This document shows positions 9,253-19,281 of a stretch of 60,024 bases of DNA, in pieces. The stretch is taken from the NCBI GenBank assembly GCA_051748205.1, contig JBNJHE010000001.1:1-60024 (forward strand), given 5' to 3'. Source of the DNA: Bacteroidota bacterium (GTDB lineage Bacteria > Bacteroidota > Bacteroidia > Bacteroidales > PWNQ01). The notes beneath the pieces are model-generated. The model was not told where the DNA came from and did not search any database. It saw nothing but the letters and a program-made list of their open reading frames with translations. Both the position numbers and the translations under genes were made by a program. The stretch's first letter is position 1. Every line of letters starts with the position of its first letter.

Positions 9253-10158
9253 ATGGCTTTAGTAACACATGAAAAGATTTTTTCCAGGGAATGGTTCAGA
9301 GCGTATAGTTTGATACTTATCGGGACTTTCATACTGGCTGCGGGCTTTGTATTTTTTATTTCACCCTATAAGCTGGCACCAGGAGGGACCTATGGCATTG
9401 CAATTATTCTTCACCACTTGATTGGAACCCCGATAGGTTTAACCGCCTTATTTATTGATATTCCATTAGCCATTATAGGCTATAAAGTTTTGGGCCCTCG
9501 CTTTGGCATTAAGACTGTTGTGGGTTTTTTATTGACAGCAGGTTGGGTTGATTTACTGAATTATTTTTGGCAGGGTCAAAAACTTGTCGAGAACGAAGGT
9601 TTGCTTTCTGCTGTCTTTGGCGGAGTCTTGCTTGGTTTGGGGCTGGGTTTAATATTCAAATCAAAAGCTACTTCAGGCGGTTCTGATATTATAGCCATGA
9701 TTCTAAATAAATATACCGGCAAGTCACTGGGGCAATTACTAATCTATGTCGACTCGGTTATTGTGCTTGGTGGCTTACTGGCATTTCAGGATTGGCGAAT
9801 ACCTTTGTTTTCATGGATTACCATATTTATTACAGGTCGTGTTATTGATGTTGTGCTTGAGGGGGTTAGCTATGAAAAGACCTTGTTTATTGTGAGTGAT
9901 CATGCCCTTGAGATCAGGGACAAAATCATTACTGACTTACAACGAGGGGGTACGTTCATTAAAGGAGAAGGGATGTATCAGGGGAAAGAAAAAACCATCA
10001 TTTTTACCGTGGTCAACCGCAGGGAGCTAACGATCCTTCAGGACTTTATCTATAAAATTGATGAGAATGCTTTTATGACGGTGATTAATGCTAATGAAAT
10101 TCTTGGCGCTGGCTTTAAGCCGCTTGAAAAGAAGATAGCAGAAACACCGGATTATTAA
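9253..10158 (+). CDS. YitT family membrane protein (DUF161/DUF2179)
   Basis: Polytopic N-terminus with GGSDIIAMILNK and a C-terminal soluble domain (TVVNRRELTILQDFIYKIDENAFMTVINANEILGAGF). The ORF track starts at a TTG (9217). The first ATG is at 9253. Confidence 0.85.
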   Translation: MALVTHEKIFSREWFRAYSLILIGTFILAAGFVFFISPYKLAPGGTYGIAIILHHLIGTPIGLTALFIDIPLAIIGYKVLGPRFGIKTVVGFLLTAGWVDLLNYFWQGQKLVENEGLLSAVFGGVLLGLGLGLIFKSKATSGGSDIIAMILNKYTGKSLGQLLIYVDSVIVLGGLLAFQDWRIPLFSWITIFITGRVIDVVLEGVSYEKTLFIVSDHALEIRDKIITDLQRGGTFIKGEGMYQGKEKTIIFTVVNRRELTILQDFIYKIDENAFMTVINANEILGAGFKPLEKKIAETPDY

Positions 10159-10176
10159 TCAGAAAGGAAAAATCCT

Positions 10177-11517
10177 TTAACCACAGCCACGCAAAACATC
10201 CATGCCATTGGCATAGAGCAGCAGCCCCAGTAAAAGCACCATGCCAATCATCTGAGCATATTCCATGAATTTTTCGTTGGGTTTACGCCCGGCAATGATT
10301 TCATAGAGCAGAAACATAACATGGCCCCCGTCAAGAGCAGGGATAGGCAAGATATTCATAAACGCCAGAATCAAAGATAAGAAAGCCGTTAGTTCCCAAA
10401 ATGATTGCCAGTCCCAGGCTGTAGGGAACAGATTCATAATGGTGCCAAAACCGCCCAGCCCTTTATATGCACCGGTCTTTGGCTGAAGGATTAGCTTAAA
10501 TTGTTCAACGTATGATGATAGCGTGCTCCATGCTTTATGAAATCCTGCCGGAATAGACTCAAAGAATCCGTACTTCTCCGTTTGATAATCATAGGTGCCC
10601 AGGCGTTCCAAATCAGAGGGATGTAGAATAGCTACTTCAACCTGTATGTGTCCGGCCTGATTAACAAAAACCTCAATGTCCTTTATGCCGGATTCTCTTT
10701 CTATGGTGAGCGGAATTGTATCCCCGCGGTGCTTGTTCAGTATTGTACTCGCCTGATCATAATAGTTTACAGGCTCTCCCGCAATAGCAGTTACATGGTC
10801 TTTGGGTTTAAGGCCTGCATTGGCGTTGACAGAGCTGTCTGGTACCTTTTGTATATAAAATGGAATTCTGGGATATACCACAAGTTGCGATTTGTTTTCT
10901 ACCAGCTGGCCGGCAAAATCGCGGGGTAAATCTATGGTTTGTCTTTCGCCATCGCGTTCTATCGTTACGTGACCTCCGTTAAGCATACTCAGGGTGATGT
11001 CGGAGTAGCGTTCTATTTCTTTGTCGTCAATACTCAGGATTTTGTCACCGTTTTGAAGGCCCATATCCATCAATAGCGAATCGGTAACCCAAATGCCATC
11101 TTTGATGTTTTCATTTGGCAGATATTTTTCTCCCCAGGTGAAGAGTACGGCAGAATAGATCAGAAACCCTAAGATCAGGTTCACCAGCACCCCTCCCAGC
11201 ATAATCAGCAAGCGCTGCCAGGCCGGTTTGGAACGAAATTCATAGGGCTTAGCAGGCTTTTTCATCGCTTCCTTATCCATCGATTCATCAATCATTCCGG
11301 CGATTTTGACATATCCACCCAAAGGAAGCCAGCCGATACCGTATTCTGTATCTCCTTTTTTAATCTTAAATAACGAAAACCAGGGATTGAAAAAGAGATA
11401 AAACTTTTCAACACGTACATGAAACAAACGTGAAAATAAAAAATGTCCGCCTTCGTGTAATACTATCAGTATGGATAGGCTTAACAATAATTGTAATATC
11501 TTAATAACTACTTCCAT
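10177..11517 (-). CDS. rseP: RIP metalloprotease RseP (site-2 protease, M50)
   Basis: HEGGHF zinc motif in TM1, an internal PDZ-like region and a C-terminal NILPIPALDGGH motif. An ATG at 11517 is preferred over the TTG at 11526. Confidence 0.9.
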   Translation of the reverse strand: MEVVIKILQLLLSLSILIVLHEGGHFLFSRLFHVRVEKFYLFFNPWFSLFKIKKGDTEYGIGWLPLGGYVKIAGMIDESMDKEAMKKPAKPYEFRSKPAWQRLLIMLGGVLVNLILGFLIYSAVLFTWGEKYLPNENIKDGIWVTDSLLMDMGLQNGDKILSIDDKEIERYSDITLSMLNGGHVTIERDGERQTIDLPRDFAGQLVENKSQLVVYPRIPFYIQKVPDSSVNANAGLKPKDHVTAIAGEPVNYYDQASTILNKHRGDTIPLTIERESGIKDIEVFVNQAGHIQVEVAILHPSDLERLGTYDYQTEKYGFFESIPAGFHKAWSTLSSYVEQFKLILQPKTGAYKGLGGFGTIMNLFPTAWDWQSFWELTAFLSLILAFMNILPIPALDGGHVMFLLYEIIAGRKPNEKFMEYAQMIGMVLLLGLLLYANGMDVLRGCG

Positions 11518-11537
11518 TTGCTGCAACTTTACTTTCT

Positions 11538-12710
11538 TTATAAAATAGATTTTTTAAACATCTTAATCCAATCATTTGTTTTTTCGCGGGTAAAATGGTC
11601 TGTTTCCACTAAATCGTCGTAGGAAGGATGTTGGATGAAGTCAATTGTATTCATAGCGTTTTCAATAAACGGGCTCATATCCAAAAATCCCAGTTTGTCC
11701 GTCATAAAGGCATTTACTGCAATCTCATTCGCCGCATTCAGGATACAGGGCATATTTCCTCCTTTGTTCATCGCCTGATAGGCCAGGTCGAGATTTCGAA
11801 ATACTTCGCGGCGCGGCAGATCAAAACTTAAGTTGGGATAATCGGCAAAGTTAAATCGTTGAAGTGTGTTTTGTCTTCTTTTTGGATACGACAAAGCGTA
11901 CTCAATGGGTAGTCGCATATCCGGCAATCCCATCTGAGCTTTAATCGAACCATCAGTGAATTGTACCATGGAGTGGATTATCGACTCAGGATGGACAATA
12001 ACATCAATTTGATTGGCCTGCAAATCAAAAAGCCAGCGAGCTTCAATTACTTCCAGCCCTTTGTTCATCAGCGAAGCCGAATCGATCGTGATTTTGCAGC
12101 CCATATTCCAGTTGGGATGTTTCAGGGCATCTTCTTTTGTAGCTTTGGCTATTTGTTCTTTTGGCCATAGCCGAAAGGGGCCGCCACTAGCCGTTAAGTA
12201 AATTTTCTCGATTTTATTCTGTTCTTCCCCTTGCAGTGATTGAAAAATTGCTGAGTGTTCTGAATCTACCGGCAGTATGCGGGCATGCTTTTCTTTCGCT
12301 TTTTGAGTTACCAGTTCACCGGCCACAGCAAAGGTTTCTTTGTTGGCCATGGCAATAGTTTTTCCGGCCTCAATTGCACCTAAAGTGGGCTGAACAGCAG
12401 CATAACCAACCAGGGCTATAAGAATTACATCAAAGCAAGACATCTCAGTAACTTGAATGAGCGCTTCGCGACCAGCAAATACTTTGATGTCGAAGGGGTC
12501 AAGTGCTTCAAAAACAGCTTTGTAATGTTGTTCATTGCCAATGACCACGGTGTTGGGTTTGAACTCCTGAGCCTGACGGATGAGTAAAGATGCATTGTTT
12601 TGAGCACTCAATATCTCTACCGTAAAGATATCCGGATGTTCTTTTATAACTTCCAAAGCCTGAGTTCCAATGGAGCCCGTACTTCCTAATATGGCAATTC
12701 GTTTTAGCAT
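11538..12710 (-). CDS. dxr: 1-deoxy-D-xylulose 5-phosphate reductoisomerase
   Basis: ILGSTGSIGTQAL NADPH-binding motif, plus LPVDSEHSAIFQ and NKGLEVIEA motifs. Confidence 0.95.
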   Translation of the reverse strand: MLKRIAILGSTGSIGTQALEVIKEHPDIFTVEILSAQNNASLLIRQAQEFKPNTVVIGNEQHYKAVFEALDPFDIKVFAGREALIQVTEMSCFDVILIALVGYAAVQPTLGAIEAGKTIAMANKETFAVAGELVTQKAKEKHARILPVDSEHSAIFQSLQGEEQNKIEKIYLTASGGPFRLWPKEQIAKATKEDALKHPNWNMGCKITIDSASLMNKGLEVIEARWLFDLQANQIDVIVHPESIIHSMVQFTDGSIKAQMGLPDMRLPIEYALSYPKRRQNTLQRFNFADYPNLSFDLPRREVFRNLDLAYQAMNKGGNMPCILNAANEIAVNAFMTDKLGFLDMSPFIENAMNTIDFIQHPSYDDLVETDHFTREKTNDWIKMFKKSIL

Positions 12711-12712
12711 AA

Positions 12713-13618
12713 TTAAAAACTCATATATTCCCTTGGATTGATAGGGTTTCCATTATACCAGAGCTCAAAATGAAGATGAGGCCCGGTAGATAATTCTCCT
12801 GTATTGCCTGATATGGCTATTGGTTCTCCGGCTTTTACACTTTCACCCTGTTTCTTTAATAAAGAAGCATTGTGTTTGTAAACAGAGATTAAATTCTTTT
12901 CGTGCATGACCATAATCACATACCCTGTTTGCATGGTCCAGTTGGAGAAGATAACCCTGCCGTCAAGGGTGCTTTTTACAGCATCGTTGGCTTTTCCGAC
13001 TATATCCACCCCGTAATGTCCTGTTTTTGCATTAAAGCCATTGGTGATTTGTCCTTTCAGGGGAGTAAAAAAGAAAAAATTACGGATGGATGCCGGATTA
13101 TTATACACTGAAGAGCGTGAGGGCTCATCCGCGTAATACAATAAATTATACTCTTCCAGACGCTGGATTTCCTCGCGAAGCAAAGAGTCGGCCGGACTAC
13201 GGTCGAAACGGATGTTAGCATATTCGGAATTGAGACTGCTGTCTGCTGAAAAAATGCCCGTGTCCCGCAATGCGTCTTCATTTCCTTCTAAGATGTTCTT
13301 TATGTTGTACATGTATAAATCGCGCTGGCGGCTAAGCTGTTCCAAAGAATCTGTTTTTTGAACTTGCTGATAGAGGTCTTTTTGAATCTCCAAATTGCTG
13401 TATCCTGGAATATACTGCTTTAAGGGAGTATATGCAATCAGGTAGATGGTGGACAAAATTAATATGAAGGCCATAACAGTGACAAAAACAAAAACATTCA
13501 TGCGGGACAAACGAAAAGACAATTTCTCCTCAAAAGTCTCATCCCGCATAATTACCAGCCGGTACTTATGCCGAAACCGGTTTGCCCAGTGTTTTTCTTT
13601 TTTTTTGTCTTTGTTCAT
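12713..13618 (-). CDS. M23 family metallopeptidase
   Basis: N-terminal TM helix. HYGVDI and GNTGELSTGPHLHFELW LytM-type motifs. Confidence 0.9.
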   Translation of the reverse strand: MNKDKKKEKHWANRFRHKYRLVIMRDETFEEKLSFRLSRMNVFVFVTVMAFILILSTIYLIAYTPLKQYIPGYSNLEIQKDLYQQVQKTDSLEQLSRQRDLYMYNIKNILEGNEDALRDTGIFSADSSLNSEYANIRFDRSPADSLLREEIQRLEEYNLLYYADEPSRSSVYNNPASIRNFFFFTPLKGQITNGFNAKTGHYGVDIVGKANDAVKSTLDGRVIFSNWTMQTGYVIMVMHEKNLISVYKHNASLLKKQGESVKAGEPIAISGNTGELSTGPHLHFELWYNGNPINPREYMSF

Positions 13619-13883
13619 ACAGAATCAAATAGTTCGGATAGCTTAATGTTTTGTTTTTGCTCTTACCATTTTTGGTTGAACTATGCTTTCGAATACAGGC
13701 GCAAAGATAATGATTTTGATGGTGTGGAATAAAATGATGATAGTATAAAACAAAACATCCATGACAATTATGATAAATACACACGACCATGATTATACTG
13801 GATGTTCCACCTGACCTTTTTAATAAAATTATAAACAGTTAAAAAGAAGGTAAGGAATATGTAGAAGGAATGAAAAAATAAAA

Positions 13884-13891
13884 TATTTTTG
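13884..13891 (+). promoter_or_regulatory. Bacteroidota-type -7 box (TAnnTTTG)
   Basis: tatttttg sits 25 nt upstream of the ATG at 13916. It overlaps the TTG start used by the ORF track (13889), which argues for the downstream ATG. Confidence 0.45.
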
Positions 13892-13915
13892 CTTCTTTTA
13901 AGTTTATGTACTAGC

Positions 13916-16582
13916 ATGACATCAAATAATTGGAAACAGGGATTTATTTTGCAGAGAAAGTTTATCATACTATCACCGGGAATTCTCATTATAGCTTTGG
14001 CTTTGGTGTTATTAGCGGTTGGCTGTTCTACCCGAAAGAATACGATGACCCGAAGAGCATTTCATAATTTAACAGCACATTACAATGCTTATTTCAATGG
14101 TGAACAAGCGCTTAAACAAGGTGTGAATCAGATCAGAGATGCACATGTGGATAACTACGAAGAGATTTTGCCGGTATTTCGTCTGGCTGATGAAGCGGCT
14201 TCAATAGCTGCAGGCCCTGACTTTGACCGGGCAATTAAAAAGTCAGCCAAAGTTGTTCAAAAGCACTCCATGGAGTTCAATGGAACAGAATATAACAACT
14301 GGATTGATGATGCTTATCTGCTGATGGGGAAAGCACAATTTTATAAGCAGGAATATTTGCTATCCAAAAGGCTGTTTAATTTTGTGATGTCGAAATATCG
14401 CAATCATGACCAGGTGTATAATGCGATGATCTGGAAAGCCCGTGTGGATGTGTTGAGAGGGAATTATGAGCAAGCTTTAAATTCGCTGGAGGAAGTGCAC
14501 TTTTATGATCGCCGGGGACGCGTTTCAAAAAAAAGTAAACGGCTTTATACCAGAGTTCTTGCTCAATTGTATATTGAAACCGGAAATCACTCCAAAGCGA
14601 TTCAATGGCTAGACCAGGCTATAAAAGTCAATAACAAAAAAGACATTGTTACTCGACTGATGTTTATAAAAGCCCAGGTTTTGCTTGCAGACGGCCAAAA
14701 AGAATTAGCAACAAAGGCTTTTCGTAAAGTTATTGATAAAAATCCATCTTACGATCTTACCTTTTACTCCAAAATCAATATTGCCAAGTCTTACCAAAAA
14801 GGGCAAAATTCGGATTATGACATTAAAGAAGAGCTGCAAGAAATGCTGAAAGATGCTAAAAACAAAGAGTATAAAGATGTAATTTATTATGCTTTATCTC
14901 AGATAGCTCTTCAGGAAAATGATATGGCCGCTCGTATCGAGTATTTGCAAAAATCTGTTAGCAAAAGTCTTAATAACAATCGCCAAAAAGCTGTCTCTGC
15001 TTTGGAATTGGGCGATGTATACTTTGATCGCAAGCAGTATGAGCTATCGCAGAATTATTATGACAGTGCGATGAATGTTCTGCCTAAAAAGTTCCCGGAT
15101 GCAGATTCGTTAAAAATGCGTCATGATGTACTTTCTGCTTTGGTGGATAATTTGATGAATATTGAGCGACAGGACAGCCTTCAGCGTATTGCAGCTATGC
15201 CGCAAGCCGAGAGGGAAACCTTTATTCTTGACCTGATTCAGCAAATTAAAGAGGATGAACGAAAACAAAGAGAAGAAGAGCAACGACGCCTCAATGCCAT
15301 GCGCGAAGCGGAGATGGACCGGGCACGCCAACAACAAACCGTTGGGAAAGGGGAGTGGTATTTTTATAACAATCAGTCAAAATCTTTTGGCTTTACTGAG
15401 TTTCAAAAACGCTGGGGTGAACGCAAGCTTGAAGACAACTGGAGATTGAGCAATAAAGCAAGCATGAGTTTTGCTGGTGATGGCTCAGATCCGCTGGATC
15501 AGATGATACGCGATAGCCTTAGCAAGGAAGGGTTTACGGCAAAAGATGTGGGTTATTATCTGGCAGACTTGCCCCTTACAGACTCCCTCATGGCTGTTTC
15601 GGACAGTATCATCAAACAGTCCTTATTCGATCTGGGACTTATCTATCAGGAAGATTTAAAAAACTACTCAAAAGCAGTGGATACCTACGAAGAATTAACG
15701 CAGCGCTTTCCACAATCAAAATATACCCTAAGAGCATATTATCACTTGTATCAGAATTACCAGAAGCTTGGCGATACCGCCCAGGCAAACCAATGGAAAT
15801 CGCGTATACTTAATGAGTATGCGGATAGTGATTATGCTAAAATTATTCAAAACCCCGATTATTTTAAAAAACAGGAAAAACAGCTCAATGCCGAGGAGGC
15901 CTTTTATAAGGAAGCCTGGACAGCATATCAAAATCAACAATATAGTCAGGTTATTACACTGGCCGATACAGGAATTTCAAAATATGGGGACGATGAAGTT
16001 GCTTCCCGACTGGCTTTGCTCAGGGCTTTTGCTAAAGGACATGTTGCTGATTCCTCAGCCTATACTGATGCCTTGCGCTATGTTACGGTTAACTATCGAA
16101 AAACTCCTTCAGCCAATGCAGCTCAACAGATTCTCGACTATCTGGAACCTGAAAAATCTGACGGAAAACTAACACAAAAAGATAAAGAAGATAGCCAGAC
16201 AACGGAAAGCTACTATAAGTATCAGCCCGAATCTATGCAGCTTTATATTGCTGTTTTTGACGTCAAAGGGCTGAAGGTGAATGAACTTAAAGGAGATTAC
16301 TCGGACTTTAATAAAGAATCGGCCAGCTTAGAAAATCTTTCCGTCAACAGTGTTTATCTTGACAGCCGAAGACAAATGTTGACTATTAGCCGCTTCGACA
16401 ATGCTGCTGCAGCTCTGAAATATTATAAAACGGTACAGGCCAGTGAGCGATTGAAAAAATACTTTGATCAGCAGCAAGGTAAACACTTTATCCTCTCTGT
16501 TAACGATTATTCCAGGTTCTATAAGAAAAAGAAAACGGATGAGTACCTTAAGTTTTTTGAAAAGAATTATCTGAAAAGATAA
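13916..16582 (+). CDS. sprE: TPR-repeat lipoprotein, SprE/PorW-like (T9SS/gliding-motility component)
   Basis: Lipobox LLAVGC is followed by STRKNTMTRRAFHNLTAHYNAYFNG. As I remember it, this matches the characteristic SprE/PorW N-terminus. TPR-like repeats run throughout, with a central charged region and a size of about 890 aa. Confidence 0.65.
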   Translation: MTSNNWKQGFILQRKFIILSPGILIIALALVLLAVGCSTRKNTMTRRAFHNLTAHYNAYFNGEQALKQGVNQIRDAHVDNYEEILPVFRLADEAASIAAGPDFDRAIKKSAKVVQKHSMEFNGTEYNNWIDDAYLLMGKAQFYKQEYLLSKRLFNFVMSKYRNHDQVYNAMIWKARVDVLRGNYEQALNSLEEVHFYDRRGRVSKKSKRLYTRVLAQLYIETGNHSKAIQWLDQAIKVNNKKDIVTRLMFIKAQVLLADGQKELATKAFRKVIDKNPSYDLTFYSKINIAKSYQKGQNSDYDIKEELQEMLKDAKNKEYKDVIYYALSQIALQENDMAARIEYLQKSVSKSLNNNRQKAVSALELGDVYFDRKQYELSQNYYDSAMNVLPKKFPDADSLKMRHDVLSALVDNLMNIERQDSLQRIAAMPQAERETFILDLIQQIKEDERKQREEEQRRLNAMREAEMDRARQQQTVGKGEWYFYNNQSKSFGFTEFQKRWGERKLEDNWRLSNKASMSFAGDGSDPLDQMIRDSLSKEGFTAKDVGYYLADLPLTDSLMAVSDSIIKQSLFDLGLIYQEDLKNYSKAVDTYEELTQRFPQSKYTLRAYYHLYQNYQKLGDTAQANQWKSRILNEYADSDYAKIIQNPDYFKKQEKQLNAEEAFYKEAWTAYQNQQYSQVITLADTGISKYGDDEVASRLALLRAFAKGHVADSSAYTDALRYVTVNYRKTPSANAAQQILDYLEPEKSDGKLTQKDKEDSQTTESYYKYQPESMQLYIAVFDVKGLKVNELKGDYSDFNKESASLENLSVNSVYLDSRRQMLTISRFDNAAAALKYYKTVQASERLKKYFDQQQGKHFILSVNDYSRFYKKKKTDEYLKFFEKNYLKR

Positions 16583-16614
16583 ACAGAATCATTGACAAGC
16601 AGCAAAATAAATCC

Positions 16615-16622
16615 TATTTTTG
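16615..16622 (+). promoter_or_regulatory. Bacteroidota-type -7 box (TAnnTTTG)
   Basis: tatttttg sits 34 nt upstream of the bactofilin ATG (16656). Confidence 0.45.
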
Positions 16623-16655
16623 ACCTTTTACTAATTCAGCAATACATTTTATATT

Positions 16656-17078
16656 ATGGCAAAAGCATCAGAGAAAGACAACAGTGCAATTAATATCCTG
16701 GACTCAAGTACAGTGATTCGGGGTGATATTGAATCAACAGGAAGGCTCCGTATCGACGGGAAAATTATTGGCACATTACGTTCTCAGGAGAAAGTTATTT
16801 TGGGACAAAGTGGTTTTGTAGAGGGAGAAGTACATTGTAAAAGTGCCGAAATTTCTGGAAAGTTAAAAGGAAAAGTAGTGATTGAAGAACTTCTGTCGTT
16901 AACAGCTTCAGCGCAGCTGGAAGGAGAAGTGGTAACCAAAAAACTGGCTATTGAACCGGGTGCTGTTTTTAATGCTAGTTGTAAAATGACAGATAATCCG
17001 TCAAATACTGGTCCTAAACCGAATATTGTGAATGACAAAAAAGAAAAAGAAAAACAAGCACAACACCAACCTGCATAA
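16656..17078 (+). CDS. Bactofilin family (polymer-forming cytoskeletal) protein
   Basis: Repetitive beta-helix pattern VIRGDIESTGRLRIDGKIIGTL..VILGQSGFVEGEVHCKSAEISGKLKGKV, followed by a charged disordered tail. Confidence 0.9.
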   Translation: MAKASEKDNSAINILDSSTVIRGDIESTGRLRIDGKIIGTLRSQEKVILGQSGFVEGEVHCKSAEISGKLKGKVVIEELLSLTASAQLEGEVVTKKLAIEPGAVFNASCKMTDNPSNTGPKPNIVNDKKEKEKQAQHQPA

Positions 17079-17274
17079 TTATGCGCGCTACTCCTCAATG
17101 GCTTTTCAGATGATGGCTGTCATCATTGTTGGCGTTTGGGGTGGTGTGAAACTTGATGAATGGCTGCGTATTGGATTTCCGGTATTTACTATCCTGCTCT
17201 CGTTTGTTTCTGTTGGTGGTGCTGTTTATATTGGAATTAAAGACTTTATAAATACAAAACAAAATGACAAATAA
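17032..17274 (+). CDS. atpZ: AtpZ/AtpI family protein (ATP synthase protein I-like)
   Basis: Lys-rich N-terminus followed by YARYSSMAFQMMAVIIVGVWGGVKLDEWL and a second TM helix. It lies immediately upstream of the atp genes. The ATG at 17032 overlaps the bactofilin 3' end by 47 nt. An alternative ATG is at 17098. Confidence 0.7.
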   Translation: MTKKKKKNKHNTNLHNYARYSSMAFQMMAVIIVGVWGGVKLDEWLRIGFPVFTILLSFVSVGGAVYIGIKDFINTKQNDK

Positions 17275-17686
17275 ATTTTTAAACACCCATGTGCGTGAAT
17301 ACTTGAAATACCTGACCCTATTCACTGTTGTGATTCTTATTGCAGCTTTCTTTTTTTGGTGGCTGGCACCAGAGGAAATCGTAACAGCCGCTTTGTTTTA
17401 TATCATTCCCTTTTTTTATATTGTTTCTCTCATTGTTTATGCTGTTCTGGTACAGGCCAGTAGCAAGCGTTTTGTGCATTTTAATAATCGCTATATGCTT
17501 TCTACTGTTATTAAGCTGCTGCTGTTTATGGTTATTATGATTGCGTATGTCTTTGCTAATCAGGGCGACGCGGTTAACTTTTTGGTCACCTTTTTGATAC
17601 TCTACTTGTTATATACAGCCATCGAGGTTGTCTTTATTGTCAGAGCCACACGCCGGATAAAATCCGACGAAGATAAGTCAAGCTGA
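17264..17686 (+). CDS. Small polytopic membrane protein of the atp operon (function unknown)
   Basis: Four predicted TM helices. It overlaps atpZ by 11 nt and sits between atpZ and atpB. Confidence 0.6.
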   Translation: MTNKFLNTHVREYLKYLTLFTVVILIAAFFFWWLAPEEIVTAALFYIIPFFYIVSLIVYAVLVQASSKRFVHFNNRYMLSTVIKLLLFMVIMIAYVFANQGDAVNFLVTFLILYLLYTAIEVVFIVRATRRIKSDEDKSS

Positions 17687-17733
17687 TGCCTTTTACAATG
17701 CATGTTTTCTTGCCTTACTCCCGAAAATTTTAC

Positions 17734-17741
17734 TAAATTTG
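17734..17741 (+). promoter_or_regulatory. Bacteroidota-type -7 box (TAnnTTTG)
   Basis: taaatttg sits 32 nt upstream of the atpB ATG (17773). Confidence 0.4.
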
Positions 17742-17772
17742 GGCACTTGATTCGCAATCAAAGATAATAAAT

Positions 17773-18903
17773 ATGTCTATAAAGTGCAGATATAAAAAGG
17801 TTTATGGTGTCTTTGCTTTAGCTTTTCTGCTTTTGGCCAGTGGGATGGCACATGCTACAAATGAGCATGGATCAAAGCAGGAGGAAGGCGCACAGGATAT
17901 TCATAGTGAGGTATCACAGGAAGAAGACTTTAATGCAGGGGAAATGATCCTGGAACATGTAAAAGATGTGCACGAATGGCATATTGCTACTGTCGGGGAT
18001 CATCATATCACCATCCCGCTTCCCATTATTTTGTATGATCAGGAGCAAAAAAAACTCCACGCATTTATGTCCTCAAAGTTTCATCACGGACATGAATCTT
18101 ACAAAGGCTACAAGCTTACGCAAGATGAAAAAATAGTGGCCGTAAAACCCGGTACTATGGAAATTGATCAAAGCCGAAAGCCGCCGCTGGATTTTTCTTT
18201 TACTAAAACAGCTGCCGGGATATTTGTCACGGTGATCTTGCTTTTGGTGGTTTTTTTGACAGTAGCCAGACGATATAAGCAAGAAGCCAATCGGGCTCCA
18301 AAAGGATTGCAATCGGTGATGGAACCCCTCATCCTTTTTATCAGGGATGATGTAGCTCGTCCTTCTATTGGAGAAAAAAACTATGGCCGTTTTATGCCAT
18401 TCTTATTAACCTTGTTTTTCTTTATACTGTTTGCCAACCTGCTTGGCTTAGTGCCTTTTTTCCCTGGTGGCGCTAATGTCACAGGAAATATTACTGTCAC
18501 TATGGTGTTGGCACTATTTACTTTTTTGGTGACAAACTTTAGCGGGAATAAACATTACTGGAAGCATACATTCAATACGCCGGGAGTACCCTGGTGGTTG
18601 AAGTTTCCTCTGCCAATGATGCCTATTGTAGAACTGCTGGGAATGATAACCAAGCCGTTTGTCTTGATGGTGCGTTTGTTTGCCAATATTCTGGCAGGAC
18701 ACATTATTATACTGGGTTTTGTCAGTTTGATCTTTATTTTTGGTATTGGCAATGCCATAGCCGGATACGGCGTATCCATATTTTCTGTGATATTTACGAT
18801 ATTTATTAGTTTTTTAGAGTTGTTGGTAGCCTTTATTCAGGCCTATGTCTTTACTTTGCTTTCTGCATTGTATCTTGGCATGGCCACAGAGGAGCCACAC
18901 TAA
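17773..18903 (+). CDS. atpB: F0F1 ATP synthase subunit a
   Basis: RLFANILAGHII motif with the essential Arg. It has the long N-terminal extension typical of Bacteroidota. Confidence 0.95.
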   Translation: MSIKCRYKKVYGVFALAFLLLASGMAHATNEHGSKQEEGAQDIHSEVSQEEDFNAGEMILEHVKDVHEWHIATVGDHHITIPLPIILYDQEQKKLHAFMSSKFHHGHESYKGYKLTQDEKIVAVKPGTMEIDQSRKPPLDFSFTKTAAGIFVTVILLLVVFLTVARRYKQEANRAPKGLQSVMEPLILFIRDDVARPSIGEKNYGRFMPFLLTLFFFILFANLLGLVPFFPGGANVTGNITVTMVLALFTFLVTNFSGNKHYWKHTFNTPGVPWWLKFPLPMMPIVELLGMITKPFVLMVRLFANILAGHIIILGFVSLIFIFGIGNAIAGYGVSIFSVIFTIFISFLELLVAFIQAYVFTLLSALYLGMATEEPH

Positions 18904-18938
18904 TTCATTGAAATATAAACCAATAAGTTTAATTTATT

Positions 18939-19202
18939 ATGACCTTATTAAGTGTGATGTTACAACAAGCAGTTGTCGATTTAGGCCCTTTCGCCCTGAT
19001 GGGTGCAGGCCTGGGTGCTGCTATTGCAGCTTTGGCTGCAGCAATTGGAATTGGGAACATTGGTAGAAGTGCATTGGAGTCTATCGCTCGTCAGCCCGAA
19101 GCTGCCGGCGATATTCGTTCCAGCATGATTATTTCTGCCGCTCTGATTGAAGGGGTTGCCTTTTTTGCTATTGTGATTTCTCTGTTGATCGTTGTATTGT
19201 AA
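18939..19202 (+). CDS. atpE: F0F1 ATP synthase subunit c
   Basis: ARQPEA loop and ALIEGVAFFAIV with the ion-binding Glu. Confidence 0.95.
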   Translation: MTLLSVMLQQAVVDLGPFALMGAGLGAAIAALAAAIGIGNIGRSALESIARQPEAAGDIRSSMIISAALIEGVAFFAIVISLLIVVL

Positions 19203-19213
19203 ACAGGGAGTAA

Positions 19214-19246
19214 ATCTTTCCCGCAACGGTTGGTTGTGGGAAAGAT
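19214..19246 (+). promoter_or_regulatory. Intra-operon 14-bp stem-loop downstream of atpE
   Basis: atctttcccgcaac / ggttg / gttgtgggaaagat gives 13 Watson-Crick pairs plus one G-U. It starts 12 nt after the atpE stop. There is no clear U-tract. Confidence 0.5.
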
Positions 19247-19281
19247 GTTTGATGTTCATGAATTAAAAAATAAATAACATT

